This document shows, in pieces, positions 20,101-26,289 of a stretch of DNA of 64,000 nucleotides. The position numbers and the translations under genes were made by a program. The stretch is taken from positions 192,001-256,000 of the forward strand of contig CAXXFL010000005.1 of NCBI GenBank assembly GCA_963674965.2. Direction: 5' to 3'. This DNA comes from a bacterium (lineage in GTDB: Bacteria > RBG-13-61-14 > DATKZS01). The notes beneath the pieces were generated by a model. The model worked only from the letters and a program-made list of their open reading frames with translations. It had not been told where the DNA came from and did not search any database. The first letter of the stretch is position 1, and every line of letters starts with the position of its first letter.

Positions 20101-21191
20101 GCGACTCGGACGGCATCGGCGACGGGCTCGAGCTTGGGACTTACGGCACCAACCCGCTTAGGCAGGATACTGATTCGGATGGGATCGGCGACTACGTCGA
20201 GGCGGTCTCGAGCGCCTGTCTCGACGCTACGGAGGCGGACACCGACGGCGACGGCCTTCTCGACGGGACCATATTCGGCGAGGACAAGGACGGCGACGGC
20301 GTGGTGGACCCGGGCGAGACCAACCCCTGCCTCGAGGACAGCGACGAGGACGGGCTCGGTGACGACGAGGAGCCGGGGCTGGGCCTGGACCCCCTCGAGT
20401 GGGACACGGACGGCGACGCTCTTCCCGACGGCTACGAGGTGGCGAACTCGAGCGGCCATGCCTTGAACCTCGATCCGCTCGACCCGGGCGACGGCTGCGC
20501 GTCGGACTTTGACGGCGACGGCAACGCCAACTGCCACGAGTATTACAACGGCACGGACATTTGGTCGGAGAACGTGACGGGCGGCTCGGCCTGCTTCAGT
20601 TGGGCGGACTCGGGGAGCACGGTCAGCGCCGACGGCCTGGTTTCGCCTCTGGACCTCGGCGCCTTGAACGCCCGCGCGTCGCTGAAGGACGCGTCCTACA
20701 CGGGCGTGCTCCCACCCAACGGCGACTCGCAGGAACTCGATATGGACGAGATTATCTCGGCGCTCGACCTGGCGGTCCTGCGCCAGATGGTTGCCAACCT
20801 CTCCACCTCCGGCAACCCCAGCCGTCCGGTCGCCCTCGAGGTTTACGGCGACACGGCGGTCACGGCCGAGGTGGGAAGCACGGTGCGGATCGAGCTGGGC
20901 GCCCTCAACCAGGGCGGCAAGCACACCTCGAGCCTGGGGATCATCTTCACCATCGACCCCTCCTCGACCGCCTCAGCCACCCTCCTCGGCGGCGACGGCT
21001 CGGCCTCGAGCGGCCGCTACGACGTGACCGGCCCCATCGCCACCGGCGGCCGCTCCGCCATCGTCCTCCTCCCCACCGCCCCCGGTACCCTCCTCCTCAA
21101 CGCCCACCTCCCCCCATGCGGCGTTGACGGAAAAGGCCGCTACTGCGAAGAGCTGATCAAACAGCCCCTGGTAACGGTAACGGTGGAGTAG
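11115..21191 (+). CDS. Giant secreted multidomain protein B (paralogue of A): signal peptide, DxDGDG repeats, two blocks of W(N/T/S)GSE(Y/F)GVAW repeats, Ig/Fn3-like domains, C13/caspase-like peptidase, PPC-like, CarboxypepD_reg-like, dockerin-like C-terminus
   Basis: 3358-aa ORF. IYMVDHG (His about 17682) and YDACRSGSF (Cys about 17835). The C-terminal half aligns by eye with protein A (e.g. SSPAHRE, QIMYLNPD, ISFSQFFWQ, AHNFHD, YTGVLPPNGD). Confidence 0.85.
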   Translation: MKFRTVRMLALILLVSSSIGCLEIIGVDQPEQVAMYGAFEVTVSFSSTISANGTKFGAVKVPNQFYVNQVTYCGGVTLAYSSSIESMLEAGYPSGDDYFWWAGVSYAETATGPCDAVIEIFSGDTVADYELDYRVGYYRTGLVVTDSELEVPVHVFRDNDYDGMDDEWEDLHWCVYSTYDDSMSDPDWDDLTNIEEFMVSYSMDPCFYDTDGDGLDDGDEVDMYFTNPVDPDTDGDGLEDGYEIFSSYTYPDDPDSDDDSMTDGWEDAYYCVNPMYSDSTMNPDGDGALNGAEYRHGTNPCVYDDADGDGMPDDYENAHACLNVNIPDAAWDMDGDGLTNGEEYGLSTNPCSPDTDGDGLQDLFEVYIYQTNPNDIDTDGEGLTDLVEIYISDSEPTMPDSDGDGLSDAFEVGVIVGTGPNRVLDTVPAGDDESEYEAIWVGTDLSPGTTAAADDLQIIPRFPSYPRLFITDPMDPDSDGDGIDDRIEVEWGANPNDDSITPALGMVGGSDKVVTVASSLYDNDPVRLEWTGSEYGMAFGNYFYRLDEEGNDIQSVWISGERLDVAWTGSEFGIIYSDDYYDELSFIRVTAGGTELWPETRLSYNGYTEYDPKIEWNGSEFGVIWLEGNFEGLFFTRVSYDGSQIGGAVKVVDDYSDVFDIEWADSVYGVAWEDFRHDSDGSCGGQSPDCNNEIYFRKITAQGDTIGSETRLSFSVENSMGPDLVWNGTDFGVAFEEELGDSEIMFARVQMDGGTLGQPERITYVNDYSTRPRLEWNGSVYGLSWQDTRSSVNEIYFNYLSPAGDAIGMDARISFTGAMSNPSGIAWNGNKFAMAWKDSYTEFYYAVVPEESDGDGILDSIEEGTCTDVLNFDSDFDGISDGIEDANHDGVKQSSEIDPCDPDTDGDGLCDGNMTIAGVCDAGEDQNGNGIVDSGETDPNDPDTDGDGIDDWEEIFPGDDGYVTNPLSTDTDGDSYSDDLEIDKGSSPSDPDSHPRFGKILDNIEVVDTVMGNHALAYGTTSFALVWNNGLALYMDILDPAGVTLDPNNLITSDSCAGPDIVWTGSKYGVAYQNYDSTNSIVLMKALNPDGSGGGGKGFTVSSVGSYYNLPTLDWSGSEYGVTWPDDRYANNEIFFQRMTASLTKTGAAVRISSNSEDSKRPDIAWSGSEYGVAWDDYRDGNAEIYFRIVGPAGSLVTPETRLTFNSSYSYRPKVAWNGSEYGITWYDYRDVGTCSETYFTRVSAGGTQLQANQRISYNGGCSWGQDIVWSGSEYGLAWYQPMDGYDEIFFTRISEDGDTIIPEFRVTYSNEVHQINPKISYGAGVYGVAWMINTGKGYSTIFYTAIGPDDDGDGIYNILEDGFSTDVNDWDTDDDGLSDQEEICYDDDCDSFNPAIEPNPTLYDTDSDGISDYDEVTLYFTSPTRVDTDGDGMPDLWEIQNNLSPIAPNGGGDADIDGLSNLNEYLAGTDPNDPDTDGDGMDDDWEVLYGGTAGCMMATTVDDGLDYDGDGLINQFEHDQDRDPCTYETLPSSSCYSGVSMTNADTIGLDFTCTDPYSITFLKVSYEGGPFLNAGLYAENQTSGRFVYTFNQGDGRYRFYTIASITVFLTEEPPVLPPYDVMVTVDKTTPISYVSAAPSFAPDETFPIEFLCDDLEAQSRLYYRKDGGGWTNSGLGLLAGDSGTFSFTPAGEGTYDFYTIAGDPAGNIEDPPTFPDKDATTVVDDSPPAVPVVTDDGTYTGYTDRFHATWTCGGDSVSGVVQYDYAIGSSAGATDVVGWTDNATLTEVTRFGLELEDGSSYFIGVRAVNGAGLVSVGWSDGILVDSRGPEIAWSSPAHREIVNDDMPPVDLPVSINFIDPGGAGIDWASLEMVLDFSTVQSFSQDGDTVSFDALALDLGNHVVNVQVADLAGNGLNRNVIFVVEDPRRVIINPVYVEWGPGDGDVTFVADGGTGAYRWAATGGALDSFTGTEVVFTPGPEAGAYVVAVSDAKLVSAQATIIISGEVEVAPAVVRLSAGSAATFTASGGSGDFSWTVNGGSCVLSGERDETCSYTAFESSGQYSVKAQAGSGESFTSRVIVTDPVGRAIVVVGGGLVDSNRQVEALNSLGHLAYETLLARGFEPDQIMYLNPDATQAYDGDGDGYADDVDGAPTPAALQAAILDWATADLGVDNPGVGPGVPLIIYMVDHGGDDSFLINFTAAGAGQEVTPTQLDSWIDAVQGGDTSNPNGVDVVVIYDACRSGSFLDEVGGGGSDRIVITSSASSESAYFGVSGTISFSQFFWQRVRTGATLKSAFNDAAAALATWATQTPWLDDNGSGTYAATGDGKDGDVADLFVVGADFVTGAVLPELTPRGDALLEGDSLDIYSGILYASSSEISAMFAILTPPGFSPPQSEGNFDTPWLEDEEGNPLPRVYLEYSSATDDWRRRLDSAELAELFTVNGRYTATLYAIDLEGRVTAAAEFSITVFGPDPYEDDDWWSSGSSVEVNSSSAQAHNFHDSGDRDWVKFSVAFGDTGYYSVYTENLADRCDTVIELYGYSVAGSTVVPIAFDDDSGQDGGGSSRIFMYLSEGLYYAEVYQYGDTIGGQDTEYDLRVDHDEGDYGSVEGYVTDSVTGFGVQGANVIVILGGPPRVATTGAGGYYKLSSLLAGSGYPMQVQAANFTTWSGTVNVGVNQTTRKDVVLAAKTGTSGVLMGHVYGHGGAPLVGVGLEVSGKSVVSEAGGLYSIRLAPGAAYVYSSWPGYEPYLEEGLMVAAGDTTVHEVSLEPVDTDGDGLPDWIETSGCTDETEADSDGDGLCDGDTAVYDGATLVCSAGEDLDLDGEVGASETDPCDDDSDGDLLGDGDEALTYGTDPLETDTDSDGLGDRLEAVVVSCLDPTDDDTDDDGLLDGTSSGEDKDGDGVVDATETSPCLFDTDTDTLGDGAEVTVYGTDPLEVDTDSDGLSDGLEVPWCTSPTDEDSDGDGLLDGTPSGEDKDGDGVVDATETNPCAFDSDSDGIGDGLELGTYGTNPLRQDTDSDGIGDYVEAVSSACLDATEADTDGDGLLDGTIFGEDKDGDGVVDPGETNPCLEDSDEDGLGDDEEPGLGLDPLEWDTDGDALPDGYEVANSSGHALNLDPLDPGDGCASDFDGDGNANCHEYYNGTDIWSENVTGGSACFSWADSGSTVSADGLVSPLDLGALNARASLKDASYTGVLPPNGDSQELDMDEIISALDLAVLRQMVANLSTSGNPSRPVALEVYGDTAVTAEVGSTVRIELGALNQGGKHTSSLGIIFTIDPSSTASATLLGGDGSASSGRYDVTGPIATGGRSAIVLLPTAPGTLLLNAHLPPCGVDGKGRYCEELIKQPLVTVTVE
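19640..20375 (+). repeat. Three tandem 78-80-aa acidic coding repeats (DGLLDGTxxGEDKDGDGVVDxxETxPC) in protein B
   Basis: GAGGACAAGGACGGCGACGG recurs at about 19806, 20040 and 20280. Confidence 0.85.
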
Positions 21192-21212
21192 AGGAGTTAG
21201 GTAATGGCTGAT

Positions 21213-22379
21213 TCATCGAGGAGATTGGATAAAAGATCGCGCTCGAAAATATTGCAGAGTTTCGTGGAAACTCGTCGAATGGAGAGGATTGCCCTTTGAA
21301 AAGAACAAGTGCGTCGGGCATGAGCAATCGGAGGCGCCGAACCCTTTTGGTCCGGAGATAAACCGATGGCCGACGGCGCCGGCGATCTCGCATTCTATTT
21401 TAGCGGAAGAGCGAATGGGGAGGGGCACGACCCTGTCGGCCTTATCCCGAAGCCAGTCCACGTGCCAGTGCATTTTCTTGCGGCGACGCTCGTGTCTTTC
21501 AATCCTGGCGGTTAGGTTGGCCATGGCCGATCCCACGTAGATATACCATCCTTTTTTAAAGTCGATCATGCCAAGGCCTCCGACCTTGATGGTTTGGGGC
21601 GTCTTCATTTCCATCAAAAGTAAATAGGCCCCCCGGTCGGCGACCTCGGTTATCAGCGCGTCCCAGGGAATGGCGACGCTTCGAACTTCACGGTTCAGGC
21701 TGAGATCATCGTTCCACTCGATCGCCGCGGCGATCATGGGCACTTTATCCTTTACTTCAATCATGGTCCGGCTGAAGTCAAGGTCCGTGTGATAATCGGG
21801 CGAGAACATGGTCACGTCCGGATAATGGATTAAGAAGAGGACGGCCACCTCGGCGCCTTGGGCCGGGAGCCGCGCCAGTTCCTCGAGGTGCTTTTTCCCC
21901 CTGGCGGTGACGGCGTCGGGAAACATGGCGACGCCCGCTCCGAACAGGGTGCATGATTTCACTTCCAGAAAAACGTTTTTTCCGTCGCGCTCGAGCAGGA
22001 AGTCGAACCTGCTTCTTCCAACGGGGACCTCGGACCTGATTATGCGGTGGCCCGAGAGTTCGGGAATTGAGTCAAGCTCGATCAATTTTCTCGCCACTAA
22101 ATTATTGAGGCTGGTATGGAGAAAAATCTGGCGGCCATTTCTTTGCACGGCCATGACGACGTGGCTGGTTGACTTGCCCTCTCCTCGATTGGGCGCCAGG
22201 ATGAGCCTCGCTCCGGGCAAAAGCAGTTCATGAAGTCTACCCGGGTTGGGAAGATAGGCCCTTACCAATTTTCCGCCTCCGGTATCAGCCATGCAGACGA
22301 AACGGTTCGGCCGTTCCCAGAATTGGGCCCTGACAAATTCGGACGAGTTAAAAAGCCGAATGGTTTGACGTTCGTTCAT
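21213..22379 (-). CDS. sfsA: DNA/RNA nuclease SfsA fused to a C-terminal DUF123/GIY-YIG-like domain
   Basis: RPNRF, LPNPGRL, SRFDFLL, LEVKSCTL and FPDAVTARGKKHL motifs. C-terminal GWYIYVGSA..HWHVDWL..GFGASDCSCPTHL. Confidence 0.85.
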   Translation of the reverse strand: MNERQTIRLFNSSEFVRAQFWERPNRFVCMADTGGGKLVRAYLPNPGRLHELLLPGARLILAPNRGEGKSTSHVVMAVQRNGRQIFLHTSLNNLVARKLIELDSIPELSGHRIIRSEVPVGRSRFDFLLERDGKNVFLEVKSCTLFGAGVAMFPDAVTARGKKHLEELARLPAQGAEVAVLFLIHYPDVTMFSPDYHTDLDFSRTMIEVKDKVPMIAAAIEWNDDLSLNREVRSVAIPWDALITEVADRGAYLLLMEMKTPQTIKVGGLGMIDFKKGWYIYVGSAMANLTARIERHERRRKKMHWHVDWLRDKADRVVPLPIRSSAKIECEIAGAVGHRFISGPKGFGASDCSCPTHLFFSKGNPLHSTSFHETLQYFRARSFIQSPR

Positions 22380-23608
22380 GAGGAAAACGGCCCGTCAGGC
22401 CCCGCCGGTGGAAGGCGTTTCTTTTTTTCCCACTCATGCCTTCCGCGTCTTCCTCGAACGGCGTTATAGGCGGTCTCGGAAAGATACGCTGGCAACTCGG
22501 CGTAAACCCTGGCCTTCAAAGTATGATAGCTTTGAAAGCCCGACATCATGTCGCCGGCCAGTCGCCTGGCGGCTGTGCTGTAGGCGAGTCCGACTTTCAG
22601 GAGCCATTGGTTTCTGGGTTTATAAAATCGAGGCTCTCGCGAGCTGGCCCATCCGATTTCCCGCCGAGCCATGTCTCGCCAGGCGGCGCCGTACCCTTCG
22701 ACCCCGTCCGCGTTAATCGCGTCGGCCAGCATGTCGGCGGTCTTGAAGGCGTAGTAAAGGCCTTCCCCCGTAATGGGGTCCACGGAGCCCGACGCGTCTC
22801 CCAACAGGGCCCAGCCTTTGCCCTGGAGTGGAGGGTCGATAAAATTTTCAGGCCGGTAATGCGGCAACAGACGGGAATAAAGAGTCAGGGGTCCTGGCGG
22901 CCCCAGTCCGGCTTTCTTCCAGGTCTTGTCGACGAAGTTCCTGAGTAACGGGTCCATGTAGTTGGCGGCTTTTCCGTTTCCTTCAACGGCTATTCCGACG
23001 GAGGTCGCGTCCCGGCGCGGGAAAACCCAGGCGTATCCTCTTTGGTCCTGGAAGAATTTAATAATGACGGGTAACTCGGTCCTCTGGTGAATCAGCGCGC
23101 CTCTTGTCAGGCAGAGGTCCTCCCTGGGAAATGGACTCGCGAAGGTTTTTCTCACGACGCCGGCCACTCCGTCGGCCCCGACTATCAATTGGCTTTGATA
23201 TTCGCGGTCCCCGGCGCGAATGATATTCACGCCGTCCCGGCGTTCAATCACTTTGACTTTTTCCTTGACGAACAGAGCCCCCTTCATAATGGCCGCGTTA
23301 AGGAGCGCCTCGTTAAGTTCGAGCCTGGAGACGATGATTAAAGGAAAGCCCAGACCAAGCTCCACCTCGTCGTCGTCGGCGAAAATCACCCTTATGACGT
23401 AATGCTCCCGGACCTCGAGGCCTAGACCGCCAAGTTCGGGAAAATCGACGAAGACCTTGGGAGTGAGTCCTCCCCCGCACGGTTTTTCCCAGGGCGCGCG
23501 GCAATCGAAGAGGGTCACCGCTCGCCCGGCCTGGGCCAGCTTTCCTGCCAGCCACGACCCAGCCGGTCCCGCGCCCACGATGGCGATGTTTTCCAGGTTC
23601 TCCGTCAT
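22376..23608 (-). CDS. Geranylgeranyl-reductase-family FAD-dependent oxidoreductase
   Basis: IVGAGPAG, KPCGGG, IVGADG, GYAWVFP and GDASGSVDPITGEGL motifs. Confidence 0.85.
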   Translation of the reverse strand: MTENLENIAIVGAGPAGSWLAGKLAQAGRAVTLFDCRAPWEKPCGGGLTPKVFVDFPELGGLGLEVREHYVIRVIFADDDEVELGLGFPLIIVSRLELNEALLNAAIMKGALFVKEKVKVIERRDGVNIIRAGDREYQSQLIVGADGVAGVVRKTFASPFPREDLCLTRGALIHQRTELPVIIKFFQDQRGYAWVFPRRDATSVGIAVEGNGKAANYMDPLLRNFVDKTWKKAGLGPPGPLTLYSRLLPHYRPENFIDPPLQGKGWALLGDASGSVDPITGEGLYYAFKTADMLADAINADGVEGYGAAWRDMARREIGWASSREPRFYKPRNQWLLKVGLAYSTAARRLAGDMMSGFQSYHTLKARVYAELPAYLSETAYNAVRGRRGRHEWEKKKRLPPAGPDGPFSS

Positions 23609-23656
23609 GATCCGATTAAACAGGCCTTACCGCCGTTTCACTGGTAAGCAAGCGGC

Positions 23657-24130
23657 TCACCTGTATTTCTTCATGGCCCTTTCCATCTCCCTGTCCTGCG
23701 TTTTCCTTTTCAGTTCCTCTCTTTTGTCATGGGTCTTTTTGCCCTTTGCCAGCCCTATCTCCAGCTTGGCCCTTCCTTCCTTGAAATAGAGCTTGGTGGG
23801 AACCAGCGAGAAGCCCCTCTCGGCGACCTTGCTTTGCAGGCGCTGCAATTCTCTTCTATGCAAGAGCAGCTTTCTTGGTCGCTCGGGCTCGTGGTTGACG
23901 TGGGTGCCGAAAGGATAGGGCGAGATATGCAGGCCCACGATATAGAGCTCGCTATCCTTAAACCTGCAATAGCTGTCCTTCAAGTTGGCCCGGCCGTCGC
24001 GCAGGGACTTGACTTCCGTGCCCATAAGGGCCAATCCCGCCTCGTAGGTTTCGGACACGTCCCATTTAAAACGCAGATCCTTGGCCCGGGTGACCAGCTT
24101 TTCGCCCGGCTTTTTTTCGTTTTTACTCAT
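23657..24130 (-). CDS. smpB: SsrA-binding protein SmpB
   Basis: YEAGLALMGTEVKSLRDG, RPRKLLLHRREL and LAKGKKTHDKRE motifs. Confidence 0.97.
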   Translation of the reverse strand: MSKNEKKPGEKLVTRAKDLRFKWDVSETYEAGLALMGTEVKSLRDGRANLKDSYCRFKDSELYIVGLHISPYPFGTHVNHEPERPRKLLLHRRELQRLQSKVAERGFSLVPTKLYFKEGRAKLEIGLAKGKKTHDKREELKRKTQDREMERAMKKYR

Positions 24131-24423
24131 CGTTTAAGGTCACCGGCCTCGGCGCGCGCCAAGGCATTTTTTGTTTTATTAATCAGGGCGGCGGAAAGCG
24201 CGGTCCCGACGGCCAGTCCGACCATTCCACCAAGCAGGGCGAAGTTATCGACGTTGGCGGCGGGGACAAGAAAACCCAGCGATACGGACTCGAGAAATGA
24301 CTTTACCGGCAGGAGTCTTCTCGCCGAGAAACCCGCGGCTACTCCCATGACGATCATGGCGAGCGGCGCCATGGCGATTATCTTCCCGGCCGTTCCCGCG
24401 CGGCATCCGACCTCATCTTCCAT
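24127..24423 (-). CDS. Small hypothetical membrane protein
   Basis: Two hydrophobic segments. It overlaps the cinA stop and the smpB start (ATGA coupling). Start placed at MEDEV. Confidence 0.55.
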   Translation of the reverse strand: MEDEVGCRAGTAGKIIAMAPLAMIVMGVAAGFSARRLLPVKSFLESVSLGFLVPAANVDNFALLGGMVGLAVGTALSAALINKTKNALARAEAGDLKR

Positions 24424-25708
24424 GGTTATTTCTCGTTGTAACTTTATTATCTTCCCAGCGGATATATTCTCCAAGTCCCAGTATCCTTCTTCTTAAAATC
24501 TCCAGCGCGGCCTGGGCGGTAAGCTCGCGGACCCAGTTTCTGTCTGGTCGGAGGAAGTTGAAGCGCCGGCTCCAGGTCCCCTCCTCGTCGGCCAGGGCCA
24601 TAAAGACGGTCCCCACCGGCTTGTCCCTGGTCCCTCCGGTTGGTCCGGCCACTCCGCTGATGGCAAGGGCTACGTTCGCGCTCGAGCGCTCGAGGGCCCC
24701 GGCGGCCATGGCGAGGACGCACTCGTCGCTGACGGCCCCGAATTTTTCGATCACCTCGGGCGGGACGCCCAGCAGGTCGATCTTCGACTGGTTGGAGTAG
24801 GTGACGAACCCTCGCTCGAGCACGTCCGAGCTTCCGGGCACGTCGGTAATTCTCTTGGCCACGAGTCCGCCGGTGCAGCTTTCGGCCAGCGCGATTTTTT
24901 TGCCGGCTTCGCGGTACTCATCGAGCACGACTTGCTCGAGGGACCTGCCGTCGTCACTGTAGATGGCCTGCCCCACTTTTTTTACGACCGCCTCTCCGGC
25001 GGCCACGATGGCCTGATCGGCCGCGGTCTCGTCCCCGGCCTCGGCCATGAGCTTTAGTTGAATTTCCGGGAAGACGGCCCGAAAGCCCAGGCGCACTCCC
25101 GGCGGCATTCTTACTTCCAGGAGTTCCTGATCAAGCTGGCTCTCGGTCATGCCGAAGGTACGGTAGACCTTAATCCTGAAGACCTTGTTGTCCGCGTTCT
25201 TTGCCAGGGCGGGCAACACGGAGGCCTCCATCATTATTTTGCACTCGCGGGGAACGCCGGGCAGAAAATAGTAGGTGGTCCCCTTCACCTCCATGAAGAA
25301 CCCGGGCGCGGTGCCGACGGGGTTGGGTATTATGGCCGAGCCTTGGGGAATGTGGGCCTGCCGCCGGTTGTTTTCCGACATCTCCCGGCCGATGGCCTTG
25401 AAGATATTCTTCATCTGCTCGATGGCCTCGGTATTCTCGACGGTACCCACGCCGGCGAACTTGCAGAAGGCGTCCCGAGTGAGGTCGTCCTCGGTGGGTC
25501 CGAGTCCGCCGGTGACGATGACGGTCCGGGCGCGTTCTCCGGCCAGGTGGAAGGCGTCGACTATGCGCTCGAGGTCGTCGTCAACGGTAAGGTGCAGAAC
25601 GGTCCGGGCTCCGAGGCCCACGAGTTTGTCGGATATCCAGGCGGAGTTTTCGTCCACCACGGCCCCCGTGGTCAGTTCGTCGCCAATGGCCATGATCGCG
25701 CAATGCAT
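24413..25708 (-). CDS. cinA: Competence/damage-inducible protein CinA (MoCF-like domain plus PncC domain)
   Basis: IGDEL, TGGLGPTEDDLT, GTAPG, LPGVPRE, AESCTGG, TYSNQSK and SGVAGPTGG..KPVGTV motifs. Confidence 0.95.
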   Translation of the reverse strand: MHCAIMAIGDELTTGAVVDENSAWISDKLVGLGARTVLHLTVDDDLERIVDAFHLAGERARTVIVTGGLGPTEDDLTRDAFCKFAGVGTVENTEAIEQMKNIFKAIGREMSENNRRQAHIPQGSAIIPNPVGTAPGFFMEVKGTTYYFLPGVPRECKIMMEASVLPALAKNADNKVFRIKVYRTFGMTESQLDQELLEVRMPPGVRLGFRAVFPEIQLKLMAEAGDETAADQAIVAAGEAVVKKVGQAIYSDDGRSLEQVVLDEYREAGKKIALAESCTGGLVAKRITDVPGSSDVLERGFVTYSNQSKIDLLGVPPEVIEKFGAVSDECVLAMAAGALERSSANVALAISGVAGPTGGTRDKPVGTVFMALADEEGTWSRRFNFLRPDRNWVRELTAQAALEILRRRILGLGEYIRWEDNKVTTRNNHGR

Positions 25709-25711
25709 TTT

Positions 25712-26188
25712 TTATCCCCAGAAATGCCTATAGAGTTGCAGGGCCATGCAGGCGTAAATACCGGCCACCACGTCGTCGAGCACGATTCCGAACCCGTTTT
25801 GTACTTTTTTATCGAAGTAGCTGGCGGGCCATGGCTTGGTAATATCCAGCAGCCTGAAGAGAAAGAACCCGGCGATCACGTATCCGGCTCCGAGGGGCAG
25901 CATGAACATGGTGGCCAGGTATCCCATGACCTCGTCGATGACGACGATGCCGGGGTCCTCCTCCCCGAGGGAGTCGGCCACTTGTTGGGAAACGAAGAAC
26001 GACAGGGCGAGCAATATGACGAAGGCCGCCGAGTAAAGGGGCCATCCAAGCCCGTAAAGGGCGAGGTATATTACTATCGCGCCGAGGGTCCCCACCGTGC
26101 CGGAGGCGACGGGCGCGTATCCCAGCCCGAACACCGTGGCTAAGGCCAGCGCGGGCCAATCGGCTTTTCTTTTCTCGTTCTCGCTCAA
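25712..26188 (-). CDS. pgpA: Phosphatidylglycerophosphatase A
   Basis: GYAPVASGTVGT, DPGIVVIDEVMG, FRLLDITKPWP and GIVLDDVVAG motifs. Confidence 0.95.
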   Translation of the reverse strand: MSENEKRKADWPALALATVFGLGYAPVASGTVGTLGAIVIYLALYGLGWPLYSAAFVILLALSFFVSQQVADSLGEEDPGIVVIDEVMGYLATMFMLPLGAGYVIAGFFLFRLLDITKPWPASYFDKKVQNGFGIVLDDVVAGIYACMALQLYRHFWG

Positions 26189-26289
26189 TGTATTTCCCCC
26201 TTGGGTATCCTCGTCGGATAAAGGCCAAGGCTTAGTGTATGCCCGGCGGGGGCCGATATCAAGAACGGCGGAGCGCGGCCATGTTCGCG

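Noticed and set aside
157-20924. Long antisense ORFs (e.g. 157-2136, 4663-7284, 15711-17447, 19509-20924)
   Set aside because: They are shadows of GC-biased codon usage in the sense genes, with V/A/R-rich translations and no recognisable motifs.
2257-21191. Diversity-generating retroelement acting on the paralogous giant genes
   Set aside because: There is no reverse transcriptase, and the differences between paralogues are not adenine-specific.
23608-23660. tmRNA (ssrA) next to smpB
   Set aside because: The flanking gaps are too short and no tmRNA termini were recognised.
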